Shown: positions 1 through 10,552, numbered from the stretch's first letter. The stretch is 64,000 bases of DNA from Alphaproteobacteria bacterium (GCA_022450665.1 JAKUPQ010000001.1:1272-65271); one strand, 5' to 3'. Numbers and translations are program-made. Notes: generated by a model not told the origin, from the sequence alone.

Positions 1-916
1 TCCTTATCGCAGTTTTTGCGATATTTTAGAGCGCGAAGATTTTAAAAAAATCACGCAGAATCAATTGCGCACCCTCATTAAAATTGCAGATGATATTCTG
101 GCAATGCAGCATCCGGCATTGTTTGAGGCATTTGTTAATGATGATGGTATAATTGTAGTTGATAAAGCACAGCCGCATATCGAATACAGTATTGATATCG
201 AATATAATGATGCGCGTTCACGTGTGGAAGAAGTCTATCCGCAAGTGACATATCCTCAAGGCATGAAGCCGCTGCGAATGAAAGATAAATTTGTGCGCAA
301 CGATACCGCACATGAGGTCGCGCATCATGCAGATTTTTGGTTGAATATGAATGCAGCTGATGTGCATCTCAGCTATATGCATTCCAGCTCTACATTGTTG
401 GCATGGCTGGAAGAATTAGATCATAGCTTTCACCCGCAAGGCATCGCAGATTTATTTATTCAGGTACGCGAAGCCGAGGGATATGTGGCAGGGGCATTGC
501 TAGAAGAAGGGTACCCACCCGCAAAAGTTGATGAGATGCTACGGGCAGAGTTCTTTGCCATAGCAGGGGAGTATTATTATGGTAGTAAGCAATGCTTTAG
601 TGGCAAATCAGCACTGTTAGAGGCATATATGCAGCATATTTTGCAATGCGATTTAGATATTCAGATTATGTATATACCATTTGAAGAAATGGAGCGCCGC
701 CGTGGAATATTGCGTAACGCTATACATGCACCGGTAGATGCGCTGCTTGCTTCGCATGCAAAGCGTTATTATGAATTACGTGAAATGCTTGAAAAAAGTC
801 GCACTAAGAACAGCCGTGCCAATAAAATAAATGCAATAGAAGCGCTGGTAGTTGCAGCAGTTAAAGACCAGGCTCAGTTATTACGCAAAAAACTGGGCGT
901 TGATAAAAACACTTAA
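1..916 (+). CDS. Zincin-like metallopeptidase-domain protein, 5' end probably outside window
   Basis: The frame of ORF 65..916 stays open back to nt 2 with no stop, so the CDS likely begins upstream of the window. HEVAH (HExxH) is followed about 75 aa later by AEFFAIAGEYYY, a gluzincin third-ligand-like pattern as in MtfA/LF-like zincins. No signal peptide is visible in the part seen. Confidence 0.5.
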   Translation, partial: PYRSFCDILEREDFKKITQNQLRTLIKIADDILAMQHPALFEAFVNDDGIIVVDKAQPHIEYSIDIEYNDARSRVEEVYPQVTYPQGMKPLRMKDKFVRNDTAHEVAHHADFWLNMNAADVHLSYMHSSSTLLAWLEELDHSFHPQGIADLFIQVREAEGYVAGALLEEGYPPAKVDEMLRAEFFAIAGEYYYGSKQCFSGKSALLEAYMQHILQCDLDIQIMYIPFEEMERRRGILRNAIHAPVDALLASHAKRYYELREMLEKSRTKNSRANKINAIEALVVAAVKDQAQLLRKKLGVDKNT

Positions 917-2703
917 ATTATTTCGTTTTTGCGGTTATAGAACTTCCACATTCGGTGCAACTCACCCTCATGGTCAATAAGTTCGTTAAATGTGCCTTGT
1001 TCGACGATTTTCCCGTCTTCCATCACATATACCCAATCAAAAAGCTCAAGAAGGTGCAGTCTGTGAACCGAAGAAATAATGGCACGGTCTTTAAAGCCTG
1101 CAAATAATTGCTCGTAAATTTCACGTTCGGTTGCACTATCCACACTACTGGTAGGCTCATCCAAAAGCATGATGCTGCTATTGGTATCCAGCCCAATAAA
1201 CACGCCACGTGCTAATGCTAATCGTTGTTTTTCGCCTCCCGACAGATTTACTCCACGCTCGCGAATATCGGTATCCAAAAATTTGGGGTAACGTGAGGCA
1301 ATGGCTTCAAAATTTACCATTCTCACTGCTTCAATTAATTTTTCATCATCGTGCATCAATCCGGTGGCCACATTGTAGCGAATGGTATTAGCAAAAATTT
1401 CGGGATCTTGGGGTATGAGCGTAACCAACTGCGACATTTGTATAATATTGCGCGGTTCTGTTCCATCTATCTCTACGGTGCCTTGCGACTCGTAAAGTCC
1501 GGCTAAAATTCCCAGAAGTGAACTTTTGCCTGCGCCACTTTCGCCAACAAGGGCAATTTTCTGTCCGGCATGAATATCGATGTCAACATGTTTCAAGATA
1601 TGCACTGGTTTATGAAAGTCGCGGTTTTCTTGGTAAAACTCAACGTCCCGAACCTTGATAAGTTGCCAGTCTTTTTCGATGGGACGCAGCGGCTCAGGTT
1701 TGGGCATATTATCATATGCCGCCTGCAACGGCGCAATGGATTGGCACCCCGAGCGCCAGCGAATAATGCGTTCATACGAGTCGGCAAAGCCAACAGCGGT
1801 ATCGCTAAGGCGACGCAGATACTGATAGACCATAACGCTGGTTCCCACCAGCGCGGCTGAGTTTTCTCTGCTTTCCAGCATTAAAAACAAGAACAAAATC
1901 ATTATTTCAATGATGGTGCGACAGAGCGCTAACGAAAACCATTTGCTTTCGTTGATATGAATGCTTTGAAACAACACGGGTTTTATTTTAGAAAATGCGC
2001 GGCGAATTTCATCATTGCTTCGTCCCACAATTTTAAGGCTTAATATAGTTGTCGCATTGTTAATATAATCGGTAATCACCCCTGTAAAGCGATGCACAAG
2101 GTTGTTTTCTTCGTCAAGTAAGGTAACCAGCGCTTTGTCGAAGTGCCAAATAACAGCCACAGCCAGCCAACAGGATATAAAAGCAACAAATGCCACCCAG
2201 AAAGAAACAAAAGCCAACGCAATAATGGGTACGAAAAACGTAATAATATACATAATGTAGTTAAATTGCGTCTGGCTGAAATCATAGAGCGAATCGGCAG
2301 ATTTGATGATGCGATTTAACGTTTCGCCGGTGTGATTTTCTTGATGCCATTTAGCGGGCAGGGACATAACCAAATTGTATTTTTCGGTAATATAATGTTC
2401 GCGGATTTTGAAGGCGAGTTGGCGCTCCATGTGGCGCGAAGGGCCATGAAACGCCCAATAACCCACAATAATTAATGCGTAGGCAAACGTCCATATTGCA
2501 AGATTTTCTTTTACATCAGGGCCGCCTTCTTGCAAAACGGTGAAAATTTGCCCTAATACTACAGGTAGCAGGAGTAGCACAAAGTTCGCAAGGATAGACA
2601 GGCTGTAAAACAGGACAAATTTGCCACGCTGCCCTTCCGCATAGCGCCAGCTTAATGTCGTTAAATCTATAAAAGGATTTTTACGCAAATTCATGTATGT
2701 CAC
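913..2703 (-). CDS. ABC exporter, fused permease/ATPase (ABCB/MsbA-type)
   Basis: N-terminal multi-TM domain. Walker A GESGAGKSSLL, ABC signature LSGGEKQRLALAR, Walker B IMLLDEPTS. The start is GTG at 2703 or ATG at 2694. Confidence 0.85.
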   Translation of the reverse strand: MTYMNLRKNPFIDLTTLSWRYAEGQRGKFVLFYSLSILANFVLLLLPVVLGQIFTVLQEGGPDVKENLAIWTFAYALIIVGYWAFHGPSRHMERQLAFKIREHYITEKYNLVMSLPAKWHQENHTGETLNRIIKSADSLYDFSQTQFNYIMYIITFFVPIIALAFVSFWVAFVAFISCWLAVAVIWHFDKALVTLLDEENNLVHRFTGVITDYINNATTILSLKIVGRSNDEIRRAFSKIKPVLFQSIHINESKWFSLALCRTIIEIMILFLFLMLESRENSAALVGTSVMVYQYLRRLSDTAVGFADSYERIIRWRSGCQSIAPLQAAYDNMPKPEPLRPIEKDWQLIKVRDVEFYQENRDFHKPVHILKHVDIDIHAGQKIALVGESGAGKSSLLGILAGLYESQGTVEIDGTEPRNIIQMSQLVTLIPQDPEIFANTIRYNVATGLMHDDEKLIEAVRMVNFEAIASRYPKFLDTDIRERGVNLSGGEKQRLALARGVFIGLDTNSSIMLLDEPTSSVDSATEREIYEQLFAGFKDRAIISSVHRLHLLELFDWVYVMEDGKIVEQGTFNELIDHEGELHRMWKFYNRKNEII

Positions 2704-2764
2704 TCGATACTTGGCGAATGAAGATATGGCACACTACAATAATAATATATAAATGCATAGTGCT

Positions 2765-3478
2765 TTATTGCAGTGCAGCACAAATGACTTTGGCGGCATT
2801 CTCAGGAGATTTTGCATGGGTGATGGGGCGACCAATCACTAAATAATCTGCAACTTTATTTAATGCTTCTTTGGGTGTCATCACGCGTTTTTGATCGTTG
2901 CTGTGGCTGTCTGCGGGGCGTATCCCAGGTACAACCAAGGTAAAATCATCACCGCAATGTTCACGTAGCAATGAAATTTCATAAGGGGAGCATACTACAC
3001 CATCCAAACGGCAGCTTTGCGCCAAATCGGCAAGGCGGCGCACTTGATCATGCACTTCATCCCGCAGGCCGACCATACTTAAATCGGCATGATCCAAACT
3101 GGTTAGCACGGTGACACCTATAATTAATGGCCGCTCTTTGCCGGTTTGTTCTGCTACTTCCATCGAGGCATCAATAGCAGATTGCAGCATGGCGCGACCA
3201 CCCATGGTGTGAACCGTCATCATGAAGGTATTGATCCCTGCAGTAGAGCGAATGGCGCTGGCAACAGTATTGGGAATATCGTGAAATTTCAAATCAAGAA
3301 AAATAGGCATATTTTCTGCTGCCAGTTTCGATACGCCCGCACTGCCATTAGCAGTAAAAAACTCTAGCCCCAACTTGATGGCACCAATACTATCTCTCAC
3401 TTGCGAGGTAAGAGTGCGCGCCTGCTGTATGTCGGTAGTATCCAATGCGCAAATTATGGGGCTGCAATTTTCATTCAT
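2765..3478 (-). CDS. pyrF: Orotidine 5'-phosphate decarboxylase
   Basis: ICALDT and FLDLKFHDIPNTV motifs, about 237 aa, sits next to pyrC. Confidence 0.9.
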   Translation of the reverse strand: MNENCSPIICALDTTDIQQARTLTSQVRDSIGAIKLGLEFFTANGSAGVSKLAAENMPIFLDLKFHDIPNTVASAIRSTAGINTFMMTVHTMGGRAMLQSAIDASMEVAEQTGKERPLIIGVTVLTSLDHADLSMVGLRDEVHDQVRRLADLAQSCRLDGVVCSPYEISLLREHCGDDFTLVVPGIRPADSHSNDQKRVMTPKEALNKVADYLVIGRPITHAKSPENAAKVICAALQ

Positions 3479-3524
3479 AAGGGCTGTATCGATTTAATAT
3501 ATAAATTCATTGCTCATTTTGCAG

Positions 3525-4868
3525 TTATTTATTGCCAAGCATAAAAACAGTTTCACCGGCTACAACAGTGCGTATAGCGCGGCCTTTTGCCTTATATCCA
3601 CTATAGGGAGAATTTTGCGATTTACTAACAAATAGCTTAGGGTCAATTTCCCATTCATAGTCTAAATCTATAAGCGTAAGATCTGCGATTGCCCCTTTGC
3701 GCAAACGTCCGGATTCAGCATGAATAATATCTGCCGGTTTATACGTCATAGCGGCCATTACGTCGCGCAAAGGCATAAAGCCGGTATGGTAAAGCGCAGT
3801 AAGTGATACGGGCAACATGGTTTCCAGCCCCACAATGCCAAATGCCGCTTGTGACAAAGGTACTCGCTTAGATTCCTGATCGTGCGGAGCGTGGTCGGTT
3901 GCAATGGCGTCAATGGTTCCGTCTTTGAGTCCTGCCAAAATAGCATCACGGTCTTTTTGTGCGCGAAGCGGTGGGTTCATTTTGCTGAATGTGCGATATT
4001 CTAACACCGCTTCGTCGGTGAGGGTGAAGTGATGTGGCGCTGCTTCGCATGTTACTTTTAAGCCTTTTCGTTTTGCGCGGCGCACTTCTTCTACCGCTTC
4101 GGCAGTGGAGATATGCAGCACATGATATTGTCCGCCGGTAAGTTCGGTAAGCAGTATATCGCGTGCAACGATCACCGCCTCTGAAGCATTAGGAATACCC
4201 GCCACCCCCATTTTTGCTGATATAGCCCCTTCATTCATGCAGCCACCGGCGGATAGATGTAAATCTTCAGCGTGCTGTGCGATGGGAACGCCGAGTTCCC
4301 GACTATAAGCCAATGCTTGCCGCATTAGCTGGGCATTCATTACAGGCAAGCCGTCATCGGTAAAGCCACACGCACCAGCTTCTACCAGCATACCCATTTC
4401 GGTAAGCGCCTCGCCTTCCATGTTCATGCTTACCGCACCATAGGCCTTAACATTAACATAAGCAGTTTCACGGGCGCGGCGATGCAGGAATTCTAAAATT
4501 GAAACATCATCAATTACGGGTTTGGTGTTGGGCATACATACTACAGTGGTCACGCCGCCTGCGGCTGAGGACTTGCTACCGGTTTCCAGTGTTTCTTTAT
4601 ATTCCTGTCCTGGTTCACGAAAATGCACCTGAATATCCAGTAGGCCTGGCGATAGCAATTTTCCTTTACAATCAATAGTTTCAATGTCTTCCGGTACACC
4701 ATCTTTAAATAAATCTGCACCAAAATCTGCGATGATGTTGCCTTCGGTTAATAATGCACCCATAGTGTCTAATCCGCTTTCGGCATCATAGAGCCGCGCA
4801 TTTGTATATGCGGTGCGTTTTGTCGCATCGAGTTTCCATGTGGGGCGTATGAATTGTGGGGTGGTCAT
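3525..4868 (-). CDS. pyrC: Dihydroorotase
   Basis: DIQVHFREPG and ATDHAPH metal-binding motifs. Start moved to the ATG at 4868 (MTTPQF...); the ORF track extends to 4946. Confidence 0.85.
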   Translation of the reverse strand: MTTPQFIRPTWKLDATKRTAYTNARLYDAESGLDTMGALLTEGNIIADFGADLFKDGVPEDIETIDCKGKLLSPGLLDIQVHFREPGQEYKETLETGSKSSAAGGVTTVVCMPNTKPVIDDVSILEFLHRRARETAYVNVKAYGAVSMNMEGEALTEMGMLVEAGACGFTDDGLPVMNAQLMRQALAYSRELGVPIAQHAEDLHLSAGGCMNEGAISAKMGVAGIPNASEAVIVARDILLTELTGGQYHVLHISTAEAVEEVRRAKRKGLKVTCEAAPHHFTLTDEAVLEYRTFSKMNPPLRAQKDRDAILAGLKDGTIDAIATDHAPHDQESKRVPLSQAAFGIVGLETMLPVSLTALYHTGFMPLRDVMAAMTYKPADIIHAESGRLRKGAIADLTLIDLDYEWEIDPKLFVSKSQNSPYSGYKAKGRAIRTVVAGETVFMLGNK

Positions 4869-4979
4869 AATACACATCCTTTTAGACAGGTCGTATCGGC
4901 GCAAGAGATTGCGAAAATAATGCGCCAAACCTACCTTTAGGCGCAATGGGTTTCAAGAGGAAAGCGGTAATACTGTAAA

Positions 4980-6836
4980 TTAACGGCTAAGTTCGCTTGC
5001 TGCTTGTTCACCTTTTAAAATATTGCGTATGTATTGAGGAACCGTAGTCTCTACTGCATGCGCCATGGCTTGATGGTCTACATATTCACCGTTAGGCTGC
5101 TCAAAGTTTTGTTTCCATTCTTCGCCAAAGCGATGCTCCATGGCATCGGGGTAAGCGGTATCGATGCTACGGGAAAAATTTGCGGCATCAAATTGGGTAG
5201 AGCGCTGCTTCATAAAGTCAAAACGCTTTGTGAGTTCTGCTGCATTTTCGGAATCGAGAATCTGATTGAGCGCAACGGCTACTTCATCAGCATTTTTGGG
5301 GTCGTTTATGACAAATGCACCTTTATTTTCGTCGCCCAGCACGTCGGAAGCGCCAATGCCAGATGATGCTATCACACCAATGGCAGAGCCAGCATCATTA
5401 GCATCCACCACCTCGCGCACTGTTAAATCATGGCCATCTTTATGGCCTAAGCCCATAAAGCCTCTCATTTCTGGTTGGCGCATGAGGCCTAATATGTCGT
5501 TGTGTTTTACTGCTTCTGGGATAATCACTACACTTTTATCGCCAAAGCGTTCGCGTATATCGGCAGCTTTATTGAACACATCTTCGGCATATTCTTTATA
5601 CCCTGCCACGTCTTCACGGGTGGGCTGTAAAATAAACAAGAATGTTGCATTATCATTAGTTTCTAGCACCTTCTCGGCAGCTTCCAGTTTTGTGAGTGTG
5701 CCTTTTGTATAATCGTTGCGATGCACAGAAAGCACCCAATCCCGCCCGCGCACGGGCTCCACCAAATCGGAAAGTGTCGGTTGATTTTGTGTTGAAAAAT
5801 CTGCGGGATTACTAGCGGTTAAGTTCACAGTTTTACCTTCACATAGCGAAGCATTGAATATCGCAAATTCGTCACCTTCATGCTTAAAGCGAGTTTTGTT
5901 GAGTGCTGATTCATTGTGCTTGGCTTCTTCATGCGTAAGTTCTGTGGCCTGTCCCACCGGCACATTCATCACTGTCATTTTGTCACCAAAGAGCATTAAT
6001 GGCGTGGCGGTGCCAATAGAAATTTCGCTTAGTAATGCTTCTTGCAGGGCAGGGCGCTTTTGTGGGTCACGCACATCATGCGGCAGGTTTTGCAAATCCG
6101 GATGATCTGATTCAATAGAAAAATGTTTGTCGCCTCCTGCCACATAGGCCGCAGTCATAATAAAATTTGCCTGATCAACCGGACGCTGGAAAGTGGCCAA
6201 TGCGCGGCTACTGGCAAGCTCTATATAGTCACGATAAAACGTGCTATCGAGTAGGTTGACGTTCTCTTCTTCAGGTTCTTTATGTGGAAAGCTGACTGTT
6301 TCCAAAAAATCTACGCTTGGCCATGGAATGTGGTTAGAATAAATCATTCCCGGTACATTAGAACATTGATAATCATGCACCCACACACGATCATCACTGG
6401 TTAGCTGGTGTTCGTCTATCATATGATGAATGGCAATATTTGCTAAATCGTTATGCGGTAAATAGCCATTAAAATAGGCATTTTCTATTTCTTCTATGGT
6501 TTTGCTGCTATTGGGCGCAATAGAGTGAGCAACCGGCCACAATATCTCGTTAGATATGGTTTTATATTGCGCTTGTTCCAGCGTTTTTGGGGTGGGAAAA
6601 GTAATTACGTCATATGACGGCTTTTCATTTGCATCGGGGTCTCCGTGAAGTGTGTGCGCTTCACGTTCGTGTTCTTCCATCACATGCCACAAACGATCAT
6701 CCACTGCTTCGGGTCCAACCCACCATGTTGGGTTGGAGGCTTCAATTACCTCTTGCGCCCCACCTGAGGAACCAGCAGTGGGAGGGCGATTACTATAAAT
6801 TAGGGTGCGACCACCAAAACTATCGGATTTTGTCAT
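4980..6836 (-). CDS. Divergent GT20-family (trehalose-6-phosphate synthase-like) glycosyltransferase
   Basis: OtsA-like motif series: SNRPP...SSGG, NEILWPVAH, VWVHDYQ, HRNDYTKG, QPTREDV..Y, DGHDLTVREVV. At 618 aa it has internal and C-terminal extensions relative to roughly 470-aa OtsA. No otsB is nearby. Confidence 0.6.
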   Translation of the reverse strand: MTKSDSFGGRTLIYSNRPPTAGSSGGAQEVIEASNPTWWVGPEAVDDRLWHVMEEHEREAHTLHGDPDANEKPSYDVITFPTPKTLEQAQYKTISNEILWPVAHSIAPNSSKTIEEIENAYFNGYLPHNDLANIAIHHMIDEHQLTSDDRVWVHDYQCSNVPGMIYSNHIPWPSVDFLETVSFPHKEPEEENVNLLDSTFYRDYIELASSRALATFQRPVDQANFIMTAAYVAGGDKHFSIESDHPDLQNLPHDVRDPQKRPALQEALLSEISIGTATPLMLFGDKMTVMNVPVGQATELTHEEAKHNESALNKTRFKHEGDEFAIFNASLCEGKTVNLTASNPADFSTQNQPTLSDLVEPVRGRDWVLSVHRNDYTKGTLTKLEAAEKVLETNDNATFLFILQPTREDVAGYKEYAEDVFNKAADIRERFGDKSVVIIPEAVKHNDILGLMRQPEMRGFMGLGHKDGHDLTVREVVDANDAGSAIGVIASSGIGASDVLGDENKGAFVINDPKNADEVAVALNQILDSENAAELTKRFDFMKQRSTQFDAANFSRSIDTAYPDAMEHRFGEEWKQNFEQPNGEYVDHQAMAHAVETTVPQYIRNILKGEQAASELSR

Positions 6837-6916
6837 GCAGATACCCTATCGTAAAAGACTGACATTATTAATTAGCAAGGCTATTAGCAGAATAATACAG
6901 ATAGGGATATTAAAAT

Positions 6917-7885
6917 TTAATTGGTTTGTATCAGCGGTTTCAATTGACGTGAAAATACATCAAGCACTGCTTGGCGTACGGCTACTCCCATTTCCACCTG
7001 ATCAAGAATAACGCTGCGATTAATGTCATCCGCAAGTTCGCTGTCGATTTCAACGCCACGATTAATTGGTCCGGGATGCATTACCAAAGCATTGTCTTTA
7101 GCCAGCGCCAGTTTTTCTTTATCTAAGCCATAAAAATGAAAATATTCTCGAATGGATGGAAAGTAATTTTTGCTCATACGCTCGGTCTGAATTCGCAGCA
7201 TCATAATAATGTCGCAATCCACAAGGCCTTTGCGCATATTATAAAATGGCTCTGCCCCCAGTATTTCCGGGCAGGAGGGCATAAGCGTAGGCGGTGCAAT
7301 GATGCGTACCTTTGCTCCCATGGTGTTTAACAGCAATATATTGGATCGCGCAACACGGCTATGCAGCACATCGCCGCAGATTGCTACGGTAAGCCCTTTA
7401 ATATGCCCAACACGGCGGCGGATTGTCAGGGCATCCAGCAATGCCTGTGTGGGGTGCTCGTGGCTGCCATCGCCACCATTGACCACACAGCAATGTACTT
7501 TTTCCGATAATAGCTGTGTCGCGCCGCTTTCGGGGTGTCGAATCACAATAAAATCGGGATGCATGGCGTTTAAGGTCATGGCGGTATCAATTAGGGTTTC
7601 GCCTTTTTTGATAGACGAGGCCGCTACCGACATATTAATGACATCTGCGCCTAACCGCTTTCCGGCAAGCTCAAAGCTGGTGCGGGTGCGGGTAGAGTTT
7701 TCGTAAAACAGATTTATAAGAGTACGGCCTTTGAGTATAGACGATTTTTTTTGTCCAATTCGGTTGCGCTCAACATATTGATCTGCCACATCCAGCAGAT
7801 ACGTTAATTCTTCAGCGCTCCAGCCTTCAATGCCAAGCAAATTGGTATGGGTGAGAGATATATTTTTGCTAGTCGCCATGGTCAC
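6917..7885 (-). CDS. pyrB: Aspartate carbamoyltransferase catalytic subunit
   Basis: [19 protein letters not shown] and [12 protein letters not shown] motifs. GTG at 7885 or ATG at 7879. Confidence 0.9.
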   Translation of the reverse strand: MTMATSKNISLTHTNLLGIEGWSAEELTYLLDVADQYVERNRIGQKKSSILKGRTLINLFYENSTRTRTSFELAGKRLGADVINMSVAASSIKKGETLIDTAMTLNAMHPDFIVIRHPESGATQLLSEKVHCCVVNGGDGSHEHPTQALLDALTIRRRVGHIKGLTVAICGDVLHSRVARSNILLLNTMGAKVRIIAPPTLMPSCPEILGAEPFYNMRKGLVDCDIIMMLRIQTERMSKNYFPSIREYFHFYGLDKEKLALAKDNALVMHPGPINRGVEIDSELADDINRSVILDQVEMGVAVRQAVLDVFSRQLKPLIQTN

Positions 7886-8028
7886 TCATTTTGCGCAATT
7901 GTGCATGTCAGCGGGCTTGTAATTTTGTGGGTTGCGGCGTAATGTGTTCCGCATGGTGATGTTATATCGCCTCTTACATGAAATTTACAGCGGAAAAATA
8001 ATTCTGCTGCCATTCAAATGGATGATTT

Positions 8029-8973
8029 ATGATTCGCATTTCTTCAATCAGCCAAAATTTTCACCTTATCGTCCTTGCCACATCATTATGTGTGTCGCTT
8101 AGCGCGTGTAATACGTTGAAACAGAAATCTACCGATAAAGATATTGAGCGCATGTTAAGTGAAATGAAGGGGCCGGAGGTCGCTTCGTTAGATTCCGCAT
8201 TGTTAGATGGCGCCAAACAGGCAGAAAAAGCGGGAAATTATAGCACTGCAGTGCAGTTTTATCAGCAGCTGGTTGAAAAAAATCCTAAAAATTCTGAATA
8301 TCAATTTCATTTGGCAGAAAACATGCGTCGCATGGGGGCATATGAAGAATCCGCGATTCAGTATCGTAAAATACTTGATGACAAAAAGTTTCAGCTCGAC
8401 GCCAAAGAAGGGCTAGGGTTAAGCCAGATGGCTCTGGGCGAGTATGATGTAGCGGGTGACACACTGGCAGATGTGATGGAGGCCGACACAACACGCTGGC
8501 GTACCATCAATGCTATTGGCATATTATTCACGATTAAATCAATGTATCCCGAAGCGCGACAATATTTTGCCGAAGCAATGGTGCAAAACCCCAAAAGTGC
8601 TTCAGTGCGAAATAACTTAGGGTTGATGGAGGCGTTGGATAAAAACTATCCGGAAGCAATTCGGGTATTGCAAGAAGCAAGCAATCTGGCGCGTACTAAT
8701 AATGCGCAGCGAAAACAAACAGATTTGAATTTAGCATTGGTATACGCCATTAGCGGAGATTTGGATAAGGCGCAAGATTCTGCACAGCCGCATTTAAATG
8801 AAACGCAGCTACTGAATAATATGGGGTATTATGCCCATCTGGCTGATGATGAAATATTAGCCAAAAGCTACCTGAATATGGCGCTTACTTCCAGCGACAA
8901 GCATTATGAGAAGGCTTGGAATAATTTGGAAACTATGAATAAACTAACAAAAAACGCGCCGCGCAGACGTTAA
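8029..8973 (+). CDS. TPR-repeat lipoprotein
   Basis: Signal peptide with lipobox LSAC. Repeated TPR-like helices (AGNYSTAVQFYQQLVEKNPKN, etc.). Confidence 0.6.
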   Translation: MIRISSISQNFHLIVLATSLCVSLSACNTLKQKSTDKDIERMLSEMKGPEVASLDSALLDGAKQAEKAGNYSTAVQFYQQLVEKNPKNSEYQFHLAENMRRMGAYEESAIQYRKILDDKKFQLDAKEGLGLSQMALGEYDVAGDTLADVMEADTTRWRTINAIGILFTIKSMYPEARQYFAEAMVQNPKSASVRNNLGLMEALDKNYPEAIRVLQEASNLARTNNAQRKQTDLNLALVYAISGDLDKAQDSAQPHLNETQLLNNMGYYAHLADDEILAKSYLNMALTSSDKHYEKAWNNLETMNKLTKNAPRRR

Positions 8974-9753
8974 TCATTCAGTCACTTCGCGATGCACGGC
9001 AAGTGGCGCAGAAGCTTGTTGTGTTGGCATGACCTCGATGCGGTTAATATTCACATGCGTAGGTAGACTTGCTGCCCATAACACATTTTGTGCAATATCT
9101 TGGGCAGTTAGCGCTGCAACACCTTCATAGAGCGCTTCGGCGCGAGCATCATCATCTTTAAACCGCACTTTTGAAAATTCGGTATGCACCATACCCGGCT
9201 CTATATTAGTTACACGGATTGGCTTGCCTAATAAATCTGCACGTAAATTTAAAGAAAACTGCTTTAAAAATGCCTTAGTAGCTCCATAAACATTGCCGCC
9301 AGGGTAGGGATAAGTACCTGCAATTGAGCCTATATTAATGATATGGCCATGATTACGCGCCACCATTTCAGGCAACAAAGTCTTAGTGCAGTACAGCACC
9401 CCCTTAATATTGGTATCAATCATAGTTTCCCAGTCTTCAAGGCTTCCATGTGCGGCTTTTTCCAAGCCAAGCGCCAGTCCAGCGTTATTTACCAGAATAT
9501 CCACCTGCTCACCAGCAAGTGCAGAAAATACATCATCTCGACGTGTGACGTCCAATACCAATGGTGTGAAAGCATTGCCATATTTTTTGGCTATGACGTC
9601 AAGGCGCTCTTTGCGCCGTCCTGTACCAATTACGCTGGCGCCTGATTCTAAGAATGCTTCAGCGCAAGCCAAGCCAATACCAGCCGTTGCGCCGGTAATG
9701 CATACTACAATGCCAGTAAAATCTGTTGTCAGTGGATAGGTTGGATTAGCCAT
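8974..9753 (-). CDS. ydfG: NADP-dependent 3-hydroxy acid dehydrogenase (SDR, YdfG-like)
   Basis: TGATAGIG, NNAG and YGATKAF. Long collinear similarity to E. coli YdfG as I recall it (HGHIINIGS, HVNINRIEVMPT). ATG at 9753 is preceded by AAGGAG. Confidence 0.8.
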   Translation of the reverse strand: MANPTYPLTTDFTGIVVCITGATAGIGLACAEAFLESGASVIGTGRRKERLDVIAKKYGNAFTPLVLDVTRRDDVFSALAGEQVDILVNNAGLALGLEKAAHGSLEDWETMIDTNIKGVLYCTKTLLPEMVARNHGHIINIGSIAGTYPYPGGNVYGATKAFLKQFSLNLRADLLGKPIRVTNIEPGMVHTEFSKVRFKDDDARAEALYEGVAALTAQDIAQNVLWAASLPTHVNINRIEVMPTQQASAPLAVHREVTE

Positions 9754-10552
9754 GAGTTTTCTCCTTTTCTTTACTCTTTGCAGCATCCCATAAAATATCC
9801 ATTTCTTTCAAGGTGGCGTCTTCTGCGGTGCGTCCTTGCAGCGCGAGTTCGTGTTCAATATAGCGAAAGCGGCGTTCGAATTTGCGATTGGTGGACATCA
9901 ACGCTTCTTCAGGGTCTACTTTCACTTGCCGCGCAAGGTTGACGCATACAAATAATATATCTCCCAACTCATCGGTGAGTTTATCTTTGCTTGCACCGGC
10001 GTCTATTTCTGCCTGCAATTCCCGCGATTCTTCTTCTAATTTAGCTAAAATGGGTGCAGTGGTATCCCAATCAAACCCTACTTTTGCAGCACGTTTTTGC
10101 AGTTTATAAGCGCGGGTGAGGGCGGGTAATGCCTTAGGCACATCATCAAGCAAGCTTTGTGCCTTCGTTTGTTTATGAGCGCGTTCCTGCGCTTTAATCG
10201 CCTCCCATGACTCGGTTTGTGCGGCGGCGGTTTTGATCTTTGCATCACCAAAAACATGGGGGTGCCGGCGAATAAGCTTCTGGCTTATGCCGTTTGCAAT
10301 ATCATCAAAATTAAACAATCCTTCCTCGGAGGCCATTTGTGCATGAAACACTACTTGCAATAGCAAATCGCCCAGTTCTTCGCGCAAGTGATCCATGTCG
10401 TTTTCATATATGGCATCCACCACCTCATAGGCTTCTTCGATGGTGCAGGGGGCAATGGAGGCGAAGTCTTGCTCCACATCCCATGGGCAGCCATTGTCTT
10501 TATCACGCAATTGCGCCATGATTTTTAATAAGGTATCCATTGAATCAGCCAT
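9746..10552 (-). CDS. mazG: Nucleoside triphosphate pyrophosphohydrolase MazG
   Basis: GCPWD, EEAYEVVDAI, ELGDLLLQVVFHA and a second MazG repeat (ELGDILFVCVNLAR). ATG at 10552 chosen over TTG at 10567. Overlaps the ydfG start by 8 nt. Confidence 0.85.
   Translation of the reverse strand: MADSMDTLLKIMAQLRDKDNGCPWDVEQDFASIAPCTIEEAYEVVDAIYENDMDHLREELGDLLLQVVFHAQMASEEGLFNFDDIANGISQKLIRRHPHVFGDAKIKTAAAQTESWEAIKAQERAHKQTKAQSLLDDVPKALPALTRAYKLQKRAAKVGFDWDTTAPILAKLEEESRELQAEIDAGASKDKLTDELGDILFVCVNLARQVKVDPEEALMSTNRKFERRFRYIEHELALQGRTAEDATLKEMDILWDAAKSKEKEKTHG

Noticed and set aside
913-916. Convergent stop-codon overlap (TTAA) between the zincin-like gene and the ABC exporter. uvrA and ORF 31626..32342 overlap similarly.
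   Set aside because: This is a common consequence of compact genomes and is not a functional signal by itself.
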